Positions 30,529-40,560 of a stretch of DNA of 64,000 nt are shown one piece after another. The notes beneath the pieces were generated by a model. The model had not been told where the DNA came from. It worked only from the letters and a program-made list of their open reading frames with translations, and ran no database searches. The stretch is taken from assembly GCA_017524665.1 (NCBI GenBank), contig JAFXVF010000012.1, positions 32,495-96,494 on the forward strand. The letters are read 5' to 3'. Origin of the DNA: Clostridia bacterium. GTDB lineage: Bacteria; Bacillota; Clostridia; TANB77; CAG-508. Position 1 is the first letter of the stretch. Each line of letters starts with the position of its first letter. Both the position numbers and the translations under genes were made by a program.

Positions 30529-31950
30529 TTATTCGTTTTTATATTTCCATATTAGAATTGTAATAGTAGTAATTGTACTTAAAGATATAACTATAGCCAT
30601 GATAATATGCCCTGTAGTATCTCTCCTAGTCAATTCTTCACTATCTCCCTTTAATTTTATGTCTTCAATTTTATTGTTTTCATTTTCTTCTTTTATTTCT
30701 TCAGCTTCTGTTTTTTTGTGTACATTTATTTTATAAGTATTACTAGTTGTTCCATCTTCTGATGTTACCATTACAGTTATTTGATTGTCTCCCGGTTGAA
30801 GGTTGTCATTGCCAACTATCGTAATATTGGCAGATTTTCTTTGCGGTACTGCTAGAATGTTTACATTCTCTATATTATTATCTATTTCTGCATTATACTC
30901 ATATATGTCATATCTAAATTCTGGTATAAGCTCAGCATTTTCTATTGCAAGGTTTTCTAAAAAACTATTAGAAAGCTTTGCTAATTCGCTTTTATTTACG
31001 ACAATTTTGTATTCTTTTTTCTCTCCATTTTCCGCTGTAACAATAATTGATATAGTGTTTCTGCCTATTTGCAAATTGTTGTTTCCAGTAATAGAAATAT
31101 TACTTTTACTGTCTTCTGGTGTTGCAAGAACATCAATGTTTTCTATATTTTCATCTATATTTGTTTCGTATTGAAATATACTTGGACTAAATTCTGGAAT
31201 AATTGTAGCTATATCTAGCCTTAGTGATTTTAGGTTAGTATTAAAGCTCAAGTTTTGTTGTGCACTCGGTGTATCTTCTGTTTTAGGTAGATTGTCTGAA
31301 GATGCAGAATCGGTATTTCCTGAAATATTTGGTATTTCTTCATTGTTGATTGGATTCACTTGTTTGTTTTGATTTTCTATATTGGCTGGCTCATTTGGCT
31401 CTTCTGGATTATTTGGTATTTCTGAAGTGGTTGGATTTTCAGGTTCTGCCGGCGTACTAGGTTCTGTTGGCTCGCTTGAGATAGGCGGTTCTTCTGGCTC
31501 TGGTTCTATTACGGGTGCCTGCTCATTTATTGTAACTGTTGCACCAGTAAAATTTAAATTAATTGCTGTTTCTTGTGGAGAGTAAAAGTCACCACTTACA
31601 GAAAAGCCAGCTGCCCCACTTGCTTTGGCTCTTAAAGTAAACGTTGCAAGAGTTCCGTTTGTAATTGGACTTTCACCGCCATTTGGATCTGTCCATGTAT
31701 AAATTATTCTGCCATTTCTAAAATTGCTGTTACTTGGCCCTGAAACAAATTCTACTTTGCTAGTATCAACAGTTACTCTAGCAGTAAGAGAAGCAACTTC
31801 CTCACTACTTATAGAAATACTAACTGTAAATTCTTCTCCAATGTCAACATTTGTTTTATTTGTTATTAAGCTTACATTCCCTGCTGCTTGTACATTAGAT
31901 GATATAAATAGCATCATAGCAAAACTTAAAGCAAAAAAAGCTTTCTTCAT
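30529..31950 (-). CDS. Surface protein: signal peptide, cohesin-like domain, P/E linker, two cadherin-like beta-sandwich repeats, C-terminal TM anchor
   Basis: GEEFTVSISI...GTLATFTLRAK; IVTAENGEKKEYKI and VTSEDGTTSNTYKI repeats. Confidence 0.75.
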   Translation of the reverse strand: MKKAFFALSFAMMLFISSNVQAAGNVSLITNKTNVDIGEEFTVSISISSEEVASLTARVTVDTSKVEFVSGPSNSNFRNGRIIYTWTDPNGGESPITNGTLATFTLRAKASGAAGFSVSGDFYSPQETAINLNFTGATVTINEQAPVIEPEPEEPPISSEPTEPSTPAEPENPTTSEIPNNPEEPNEPANIENQNKQVNPINNEEIPNISGNTDSASSDNLPKTEDTPSAQQNLSFNTNLKSLRLDIATIIPEFSPSIFQYETNIDENIENIDVLATPEDSKSNISITGNNNLQIGRNTISIIVTAENGEKKEYKIVVNKSELAKLSNSFLENLAIENAELIPEFRYDIYEYNAEIDNNIENVNILAVPQRKSANITIVGNDNLQPGDNQITVMVTSEDGTTSNTYKINVHKKTEAEEIKEENENNKIEDIKLKGDSEELTRRDTTGHIIMAIVISLSTITTITILIWKYKNE

Positions 31951-31958
31951 TTTCCCTC

Positions 31959-33669
31959 CTATTGCTCAATATAATTTATTTCTAAAATGTGTTTTTGAAG
32001 TTTTAACATATCTAAAGATGATGGCGGATTACCGTTTTTACTTAGGTTACCAGCTTTGTAGTATATGCCTTCTAATGGTTTAATTTCTAAAATATGTTTT
32101 TGCAATATTAATAAATCTTTAGAATTAATTAGTCCATCTCCATCTAAATCACCATATAGTACAAATTCATACTTGTGCACTTTGTTGCCACTTGCATTAG
32201 ATAGAATTAGCTTTGAGCCTGTTCCAATTCTATTTTGGTTTGTATTTTCAAAACTTATTTGTAAATTTGTGCTTACAAGACTTGTAATGTTTGAAACAGT
32301 TGATGTTTCCCATGGCAATCCGCTAATTTTATTTCCTTCAACATGCAAGCTTGAATCAAAGCTAAGCTCCCATTGTGGCTGTATAACTTCTGCTAAATAT
32401 GTTGCAAAAACATAACCTACAGCACCGTTTTCTAATTTAATTTTGTCCCAGGTTTCTCCTTCTTGTGTTCCTTTTTTTAGCCTTGTAACAACAGTTTTAC
32501 TAGGAATAGAAGTTAATATCTCATAGTCAGTTCCTGGGCCAGAACGTACATTTAGGGTTGTTGTTACATTTGCATACATTGATTTAATGTCGTCAATAAA
32601 TAACGAGTCATCTATCTTTGGGCTTTCTTTCATTATTTCTGGCATATTTTCGTATACTGGTATTAAAAATCCAATTGATGAATCTAGCATTCCATTGTCT
32701 TTATATGCGTTATACATTCTTGCACTTTCGTTATATGGAGCTAAGCAATTTGTCATGTATTGGTGCCAATAGAGCTTATTGGGATAGTTTGTATTTACAG
32801 AAAATTTTTGCAAATACAATGTGTTTTGCCCTACACTTATATAGCTACTGCCAATAAATACAGCCCCACCTTTTATTGCTCTTTCAGGGGTATTCCAAGG
32901 CAAAAATAAATTTTCTCTTTCAGTTAGACTTGCACCTTTTCCATCTTTAGCAAACTTTAGCCCATTTTTAACAGCACCCAGATACTCTGTAGAACTGGTT
33001 GCTCCTATATTATAGAAATTATATAATCCTTCATATTCATCAACCGTGCCACTTATCGAAGGATTGCTTAAAAAGCTCCCAAGCTCTTGTCTTATCCTTG
33101 ATGCTAAATGGTACGGGCTAACACCTGAATATATTGCTGATTCCCAAATAAGGTCTGCATAGGTTTTATCTGTGTTTATTGTATTTCCATCAGACGTTTT
33201 ATATGATACTTTTCTTTGATAAAATTCAGTGCCATACAAAATCTTTTCTACACCTGCTTTAGAATGTATGCTTGGATCATATGAGAGCTTCTCAAATTGA
33301 AATATTCGTACTTCATTTAAGAAACTTCTTGGATCAATTGTATATTCTACCGCTCTTTTAGATGCATTTACCCAGCCTTTATCTATTTCAATATTATATA
33401 GTCCGAACTTCTTGGCTTTTCCATCTATCGTTATATGTTAGTGGAACTAAATTTCTATTATTCCCATATTCATTATCAATTACTTCATTATAGTCAAGGC
33501 CTGTATACAGACTACTAAACACCCAATTAGGGTGTTTTTCTTGTAGCATTTGTAAATATCCTCTATAGCTTTCTGGGAAACTTTCTATGCCTTGTCTTAT
33601 TTCTGCTCCATTGCTTTTAGTACCTAACGCTATTATGCATATTGCAAAAATATATAAAATCTTTTTCAT
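31959..33669 (-). CDS. Secreted glucosaminidase-like cell-wall hydrolase with SH3 and dockerin, about 569 aa, joined by a +1 shift at CGG 33403-33405
   Basis: Signal peptide and FPESYR..L..KHPNW; bridge GWVNAS..DPRSFLNEVRIFQFE; YNFYNIGA, GQNTLYLQKF, HQYMTN; LNVRSGPG; GDLDGDGLINSKD. Confidence 0.85.
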
Positions 33670-33762
33670 TCTTCTAATCCTTTAAATATAGTATTTTCAA
33701 AAATGTACGCATTATTCTTTAATCTTTTATATATTTGTTTATGTTTTTATTGATAGCAAAAA

Positions 33763-33794
33763 GTGAGGCAATGAGTTCGACCTCATTGCCTCAC
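33763..33794 (-). terminator. Terminator hairpin
   Basis: gtgaggcaatgag-ttcgac-ctcattgcctcac with an A tract on its left. Confidence 0.85.
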
Positions 33795-33817
33795 AAGTTC
33801 ATTAAATATTTTTTATA

Positions 33818-34162
33818 TCATGCATTACTAATTTTAAGTCTTTTTATTTTTGCTGTTTTAGTTTCTATTATTTCCTCATAATATTTTATTAATGCATCTA
33901 ACATATCTTCAGTTAAATCATCTATTGCATCTGGATTAGTCTCTATTATTTTTGCGTATTCTTTTATCGTTCTGTCATTTTGATTTTCTGTAGTTTCAAT
34001 TTTTAGGCTTTCTTTAAAGTTAGTGCTATTTACAATATACTGAGATTCATCTTGCGTATATGCAATTTCTTCGTTTTTATCTCTTCTAAATAGTTTTCTA
34101 AAGAAGAACTTAATTTTACCCCAAAATGAACTATCTTCTTTTCTAATCAATTGATTATTCAT
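33818..34162 (-). CDS. Hypothetical protein
   Basis: GAGAGGA RBS before ATG 34162; amphipathic SFWGKIKFFFRKLF segment. Confidence 0.65.
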   Translation of the reverse strand: MNNQLIRKEDSSFWGKIKFFFRKLFRRDKNEEIAYTQDESQYIVNSTNFKESLKIETTENQNDRTIKEYAKIIETNPDAIDDLTEDMLDALIKYYEEIIETKTAKIKRLKISNA

Positions 34163-34184
34163 TTTATTTCCTCTCTTCTTTTTA

Positions 34185-35493
34185 TTAATTGCGTTGTTCT
34201 TGTGACTGCCCATTTGATAATTCTTGTAACTGCTCATCTAACTGCCTATTTAGTTCTGTCAAACGCCTTAATTTTTCTATCTTTTTCTGTCGTTCTGTTA
34301 ACCTTGCAACTTCTGCTTGTTTTCTCGCAGTTTCTCTTTCGAGTTCTGCTATTTGAGAATCTAAATCTTGGTCATCTTGTTCTTCAATTGTACCTTCTTC
34401 CTTCTTTTGGTCCTGTTCTACTTCTTGTGTAGGATTACTGTCTGCTTCTTGCATCGCAACTTGTTCTTCCTGTTCCTCCATTGTAGGTTGTTGGGTTTCA
34501 TCATTTCCGGGTAGTATTATCGGCTGATCACTATCATGCTCTTCATATGAGTTTATTTCATTTACTCTTCTTACAAGTCTCTCATAATAGTCACCTTTAT
34601 GTCTTACACTTGTTACTAGCTCTCGTCCCTGCTCTTGTTGTCTTTTTCTAGCAGCTAAAGCTCCTCTACTTACTTGTTGTATATCTATCTCGGCTCTATC
34701 ATGTACTATGTATGTTGCTGCTCCATACGACATAACAATGTCGTCTCCTCTTCTGTCAAAGAATTTTTCCAAAACTGTTACATCTGTTCCTTTTACTTTA
34801 AAGGCTATCCAGCCTTCCATTTTACTCTTGCCTACTCTTACTGTTCCATCTTGAATTTCAAATCTTTGTCTCATTTCTTGCCATCTTCTTTGTGGCCACA
34901 ATTCTTCTGGATACTGTCTTTGTTCTGCATCCTGTCCTTGTCCTCTTTCTCCACGTTCTTCTTCAGACTCTTCTCGAATATTAGGTAAAATATCATTTTC
35001 TAATTCCATGACTGATATATCTCTGCCAAAAAAGTCATGCATAAAATCTCTTGCAGAATACATCCCTGGATTTGCAAGTCCAATCAAATTATCTTTGTCT
35101 TTTTTTATAAGATTGTCCATTTTTTCTAAGTCTTCACTTGATAATTCTTGCCCACTTTTTATCTTTGTTAGCAAATACGAATATTGAGCTCTATAGTAAA
35201 TCGTTTCTGTGGATTCTTGACTCATAGAATATCTTCTAAAGAACTTGTCCAGCTGACCTGGTCCCATTTTGATTATTATATTATAAAACTTTAATGCTAG
35301 TTCATAGTCCCCTTGTTCCTCATATTTTTTTGCAATGTCAAATAAATTTTTAGTCTGTGTTCTTGGCACATAATCCATTTCCTCTTCATCTGAGTCTCTT
35401 ACAAAAGCTTCTATCCCGAACTTCTTCAATTTGTCTTGTAACCTCTACCGCATGGTCTAAAAATGGGTTTCTTTTTATCTCTTGTTTTTTCAT
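34185..35493 (-). CDS. Hypothetical TPR-like / coiled-coil protein, about 435 aa, joined by a +1 shift at CGG 35416-35418
   Basis: AAGGAGAG RBS and ATG 35493: MKKQEIKRNPFLDHAVEVTRQIEEV[C]GIEAFVRD enters the 414-aa ORF, which has no RBS of its own. Confidence 0.75.
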
Positions 35494-35670
35494 GATAATT
35501 AATTATCTCTCCTTGTAAAATTAAATTTCATTAGCTAAAGTTTACCATTATTTTTTTTAAAAGTATATATTTTTTATAATAATTCTTAAAAATATCTCCC
35601 AAAATTATTACTGTTGTTTTTTTCCAAAAATGTGGTATAATTTTCTTGTTTTTAAAAAGGAGGAGTATTA

Positions 35671-36204
35671 ATGTTACTTTCATCTAGTGACAAAAGCCTT
35701 GCTGAAGGTAAAGTTTTAATTTTATATATACTTAATAAAATAGGCAAGCCTGTTACTAATGGTGAACTACTTAAAGTTGTAACCGCACTTACAGACATGA
35801 ATTACTTCTATTTTCAACAGTTTTTGCTTGATTTAATAGATAATAAATATGTTGTTTATTACTCTTATGAAAATGAAATGGTATATTCTTTAACTGAAGA
35901 TGGTAAAGAAACTCTAAAACTTACTGTTGATTTAATTCCAGGAATTCATAAACTTAGAATTGATAATAACTTAAAAGAAAATATAAACCAAGTTGAAGAA
36001 GAAGTTTCTGTAACAGCTGACTTTATTCCTCTTAATGAAAACGAATATAACGTGAAATGTAAAATAGTAGAAAACAATATTACAATGTTTGAAATAACTA
36101 CATACGCCGGCTCTAGAGAGCATGCTAAGCAAATTGCTGATAATTGGAAAGAAAACGCAGAAGAAATATATCCTCAAATTTTGAATCTTTTAACTGAAGA
36201 GTGA
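35671..36204 (+). CDS. DUF4364-family protein
   Basis: KVLILYIL, MNYFYFQQFL, YSLTEDGKETL, VTADF, A..I..NWK. Confidence 0.85.
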   Translation: MLLSSSDKSLAEGKVLILYILNKIGKPVTNGELLKVVTALTDMNYFYFQQFLLDLIDNKYVVYYSYENEMVYSLTEDGKETLKLTVDLIPGIHKLRIDNNLKENINQVEEEVSVTADFIPLNENEYNVKCKIVENNITMFEITTYAGSREHAKQIADNWKENAEEIYPQILNLLTEE

Positions 36205-36290
36205 AGTGGATAATTTTAGGGACGCGTCTAAAAATTACCTTCCGGGAGGTAATTTTTAGACGCGTCCCTAAAATTATCCATTTCACTCTT
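36197..36290. repeat. Long palindrome (34-bp perfect arms, 44 bp with one G-T pair) between convergent genes
   Basis: tggataattttagggacgcgtctaaaaattacct-tccggg-aggtaatttttagacgcgtccctaaaattatcca. Confidence 0.95.
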
Positions 36291-37077
36291 TTATCCTAAT
36301 TGTCTCATTGCTTCATATAATACAACACTTGCTGCTACAGCCGCATTTAAGCTTTCTGTTCTTCCCTTCATTGGAATTTTTGCTTTTGCATCTGATGCAT
36401 TAATTACTTTTTTAGTTATTCCGTTTGCTTCATTTCCAACTATTATTGCAGTTTTTTCATATGAAAAATCATATATCGTTTTGCTTGATTCTAGCGTTGT
36501 TGATATTACTTTGTAACCATGTGCTTTGATATCATCTATTGTTTTAATTAGGTCTTCTGATTCAATTACATTTACTCTAAATATTCCGTGACATTGTAGA
36601 TCTTACTACTTTAGGAGCATATGCATCTGTTGTATCCTTTGAAATGATCACTTGTGATAGTCCACAGCTATCTACTGTTCTTATTATCGTTCCTAAGTTT
36701 CCAGGGTCTTGAATATTCTCTAATATCAAAATTACATCATCTTTGTAATTTATCTCTTCCGTTTTTTTCTTCTTCTTTATAACCGCAAGTATTCCCTGTG
36801 GGTGCATTACGTGGCTTATTGCTTCAAATACCTTTTCAGTTACATAGATAATATCAAACTTTGCAACTGTATATAGCATCTTTTGCTTTAGCTCATTTTG
36901 TTCATTACTGTCATCGCATATTACAATAGTTTGAATATCTGCATTTTCGGCAATTGCCTCATTTACTGTTTTTATTCCTTCTACTACATATAATCCCATC
37001 GCATCACGGTATTTTTTGTCCTTAAGTTTTCTAATTTGTTTGATTTGTTCATTTTCTCTACTCGTTATTACTTGCAT
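36291..37077 (-). CDS. TrmH/SpoU-family RNA methyltransferase, about 261 aa, joined by a +1 shift at CGG 36586-36588
   Basis: IQDPGNLGTIIRT...VVRSTMS[C]GIFRV...IVGNEANG...IPMKGRTESLNAAVA; the 3' SPOUT motifs exist only in the +1 frame. Confidence 0.92.
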
Positions 37078-40000
37078 CTATTTCTTCCTCCTCAAGTTTA
37101 AGGGTTTCTAAAAACTCTTGAACTTCTTTTAAAACATTTTCTTGGTTCTTAATCTTAAATGTCACGTATGGGTCTTTTGCAGGCGAGAACTTAATTTGAT
37201 TTCTAAATTTTTTAAGCAATTCGTCTACCCATTCCATTCTAAAACTCTCTGCCTCAAATAAGAATATCACAACTTGTTCCTTTTGTGCAACCTTTATTAC
37301 TCCAATTTTTTTACAAATATTTTTTATTCTTGCAATTTGCAGTAAATTTTGTGCTTCTTTTGGAATATTTCCATATCTATCAAGCATTTCATCTGTAACA
37401 TTTTCTATGTCTTTTTCTGTTCTGCACAAAGCAATATTTTGATATATTTCAATTTTTTGATTGCTATCTGGAATGTATTCATCCGGTAAAAAGCTTGAAA
37501 TGTTTAAATCTATTTGTATTTCTATTTCTTCTTGAACAGGTAAGCCTTTCATTTCTTTTACAACTTCATCTAATAATTTGCAATACATATCATACCCAAC
37601 TTCGTCCATATGGCCATGTTGCATCTCTCCTAAAATGCTTCCTGCTCCTCTTATTTCTAAGTCCCTCATTGCAATTTTAAATCCTGAACCAAATTCTGTA
37701 AATTCTTTCATTGCTTTTAATCTCTTATCTGCTATTTCAGATAAAAGTTTATCTCTTTTATATGTTATATATGCATATGCCTGTTTATCAGCTCTTCCTA
37801 CACGTCCTCTTATTTGATATAGCTGTGCCAATCCTAGTCTATCTGCATTTTCTACGATTATCGTATTTGCATTTGGAATGTCTATTCCGGATTCCAAAAT
37901 TGTTGTACAAACTAAAATATCAATATTGCCTTTTACGAAATCTAGCATTATATCTTCTAGTTCTCTACCTGACATTTGGCCATGAGCAAATGCAACTTTT
38001 GCTTCTGGAATAAGGTCTGAAATTTCTTTCGATTTTCTTTCAATTTGTTCAACATTGTTAAACAGATAAAAAACTTGCCCTTTCCTTTCTAGCTCTTTTG
38101 TAATTGCTTCTTTTATTACTTCAGAATCATATTCTAATACATATGTCTGCACTGTTCTTCTGTTTTGAGGTGGCTCATAAATAACAGACATATCACGTAT
38201 TCCAACAATAGACATATGAAGTGTTCTAGGTATTGGTGTAGCTGTCATACTTAAAACATCTACATTATTTTTTAATTTTTTAATTTTCTCTTTATCTTTT
38301 ACACCAAAACGATGCTCTTCGTCAATAATTAGTAAACCTAAATCTTTAAACTCTACATCTTGGCTTAAAATTCTATGAGTTCCTATTATAATGTCAATCT
38401 CGCCCAATGCAAGTTTTCTTAATATTGCTGATTGCTCTTTTTTAGTTCTAAATCTATTTAATAATTCTACTCTTATTGGGAAATCTTTCATTCTTTCTCT
38501 AAAAGAATCATATTGTTGGTTTGCAAGTATTGTTGTTGGTACCAAATATGCGACCTGTTTTTGATCCATGCATGCTTTAAATGCAGCTCTTATTGCAACT
38601 TCTGTTTTTCCATATCCAACATCACCGCAAAGTAATCTGTCCATTGGCTTAGCATTTTCCATGTCGCCTTTTACTTCTTCTATACAACGAAGTTGGTCAT
38701 TGGTTTCCGTATATTCAAATTCATCTTCAAACTGCCTTTGCCACGCAGTATCTTTTGAAAACGCATAACCTGATATTTTCTGTCTTTTAGCATATAGCTC
38801 TATTAAATCTTTTGCCACTTCTTTTAAATTGTTTTTAACTCTGGTTTTTGTATTGTTCCATTCCTTACTTCCAAGTCTATTAAGCTTTGGTACTGCATTT
38901 CCAGCTCCTATATATTTTCTGATGTTGTCTAACTGGTTCGTTGGTATATATAGCATATCGTTATCGCGATATTTTATTTTTATATAGTCTTTTACAACTC
39001 CATCAGCTTTTATTGTATTTACACCTATAAATTGCCCTATTCCGTTGCTTTTATGCACAATGTAGTCTCCTGGTTTTAGGTCTGCAAATACTACTGTTTC
39101 TCCTTGCTTGAATTCACTAGATACAATTTTTCTTTTTTTAGGTGGTGTAAATAACTCTTCGCCAGAGATTACAAGTAAGTTAAAATCAAAAGCTTCAAAG
39201 CCGCAAGATAGCAGCCCCTGGGTGATAATCACCCTGCCTGGTACTACATCTTGTGGCTCATTGTCTTCTATAAATATGTGTGGTATTTCTCTTTCATCTA
39301 GTGTTTGGTCTAATTTTTTGCAATTTTCTAGGCTTCCGCCTAATAGAATTACTGTTTTTTCTGCGATAACTGCTTTTTGTAATTCCTCAAACAGTAAATC
39401 CATTGAACTACGAAAAAAGTTGACCTCCCTATAGCTAAAGCTATATCCGTTTCTTTTTGCATGCATAGTTTGTTTGTCAATAAATCCAATATCTTGCTTT
39501 TCTAAGTATATTATTTGCCTTTTTTGGATTTTATCAACAAATTCTAGATAATCTTGTAAAATTGTAAGACTATCTGGTATTACTTTTCTTTTTTCTATTA
39601 AGCTTTTTACAAATGCGTCTCTATCTTTTATAATGTTTTCGCTTCTTGCTTTTACCTTTGATGCTTCATCTATGAATAGAATATAATCTTTAGGTATATA
39701 TTCTAAAAATGTTGTTGGCTTCTCATAAAAAGCACAGAAGTATTTATCTACCTTTGATGTGAAGTCACCATTTTTTATTGCATCAGTATCTTCTTCTATA
39801 ACATCATCTGGTAATTTTGGATTTTCTTTTATTAATTTGCAAATTTCTTCTATAGATCTTTCTAATACAAATTCTTGAACTGGATTTATTTGAATAGCAT
39901 TTATCATTTCTGTTGATCTTTGCGTTCTTAAGTCAAAGTATCGAATTGAGTCAACTTCGTCTCCCCATAGCTCAATACGCACACCGCATTTATCATTTAA

Positions 40001-40546
40001 TGCAATGTCAATAATTCCACCTCTTGAGCTAAACTGTCCTCCAGCTTCAACTAATTCATATCTTTCATAACCAAGTGAAATAAGTTTTTCTTTAAACTGT
40101 TCTACATCAATTGATTCTCCATTTTTCACTGTAATTTGATTTTTGTATAACACTTCTTCTGATGGTATTTTTTGCATTAGCGCTTCTATTGTAGTAACTA
40201 TCAATTTTGCACTTCTTGAATGTAGCCTATTTAAAACATTCATTCTTTGATAAAAAATTTCTTTACTTTCTGCTATATAGTCATATGCAAATATTTCTCT
40301 TTTAGGAAAAAACAATACATCATCTGTAAAGTATGATAAATCTTTAACCATTTTTCGTGCTTGTAATTCATTGTATGTAACAATTACAATTGGTTTTTCC
40401 ACGTAAAATAGAGTGGAAAACGCAAAATGCATTTTTCCACTATCTGTTAACCCTGATAGCATTAAAGGATTAACACCATTTTTTACATCATTTATATAAG
40501 CATTGTACTTCTTAAAATTAGGTAAAACTTTTATGCTTGAGTCCAT
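37058..40546 (-). CDS. mfd: Transcription-repair coupling factor
   Basis: DRLLCGDVGYGKTEVA, DEEHRFGV, TATPIPRTL, QIRGRVGR, AMRDLEIRGAG. Confidence 0.97.
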   Translation of the reverse strand: MDSSIKVLPNFKKYNAYINDVKNGVNPLMLSGLTDSGKMHFAFSTLFYVEKPIVIVTYNELQARKMVKDLSYFTDDVLFFPKREIFAYDYIAESKEIFYQRMNVLNRLHSRSAKLIVTTIEALMQKIPSEEVLYKNQITVKNGESIDVEQFKEKLISLGYERYELVEAGGQFSSRGGIIDIALNDKCGVRIELWGDEVDSIRYFDLRTQRSTEMINAIQINPVQEFVLERSIEEICKLIKENPKLPDDVIEEDTDAIKNGDFTSKVDKYFCAFYEKPTTFLEYIPKDYILFIDEASKVKARSENIIKDRDAFVKSLIEKRKVIPDSLTILQDYLEFVDKIQKRQIIYLEKQDIGFIDKQTMHAKRNGYSFSYREVNFFRSSMDLLFEELQKAVIAEKTVILLGGSLENCKKLDQTLDEREIPHIFIEDNEPQDVVPGRVIITQGLLSCGFEAFDFNLLVISGEELFTPPKKRKIVSSEFKQGETVVFADLKPGDYIVHKSNGIGQFIGVNTIKADGVVKDYIKIKYRDNDMLYIPTNQLDNIRKYIGAGNAVPKLNRLGSKEWNNTKTRVKNNLKEVAKDLIELYAKRQKISGYAFSKDTAWQRQFEDEFEYTETNDQLRCIEEVKGDMENAKPMDRLLCGDVGYGKTEVAIRAAFKACMDQKQVAYLVPTTILANQQYDSFRERMKDFPIRVELLNRFRTKKEQSAILRKLALGEIDIIIGTHRILSQDVEFKDLGLLIIDEEHRFGVKDKEKIKKLKNNVDVLSMTATPIPRTLHMSIVGIRDMSVIYEPPQNRRTVQTYVLEYDSEVIKEAITKELERKGQVFYLFNNVEQIERKSKEISDLIPEAKVAFAHGQMSGRELEDIMLDFVKGNIDILVCTTILESGIDIPNANTIIVENADRLGLAQLYQIRGRVGRADKQAYAYITYKRDKLLSEIADKRLKAMKEFTEFGSGFKIAMRDLEIRGAGSILGEMQHGHMDEVGYDMYCKLLDEVVKEMKGLPVQEEIEIQIDLNISSFLPDEYIPDSNQKIEIYQNIALCRTEKDIENVTDEMLDRYGNIPKEAQNLLQIARIKNICKKIGVIKVAQKEQVVIFLFEAESFRMEWVDELLKKFRNQIKFSPAKDPYVTFKIKNQENVLKEVQEFLETLKLEEEEIDASNNE

Positions 40547-40560
40547 TGTATACTCCTTGT

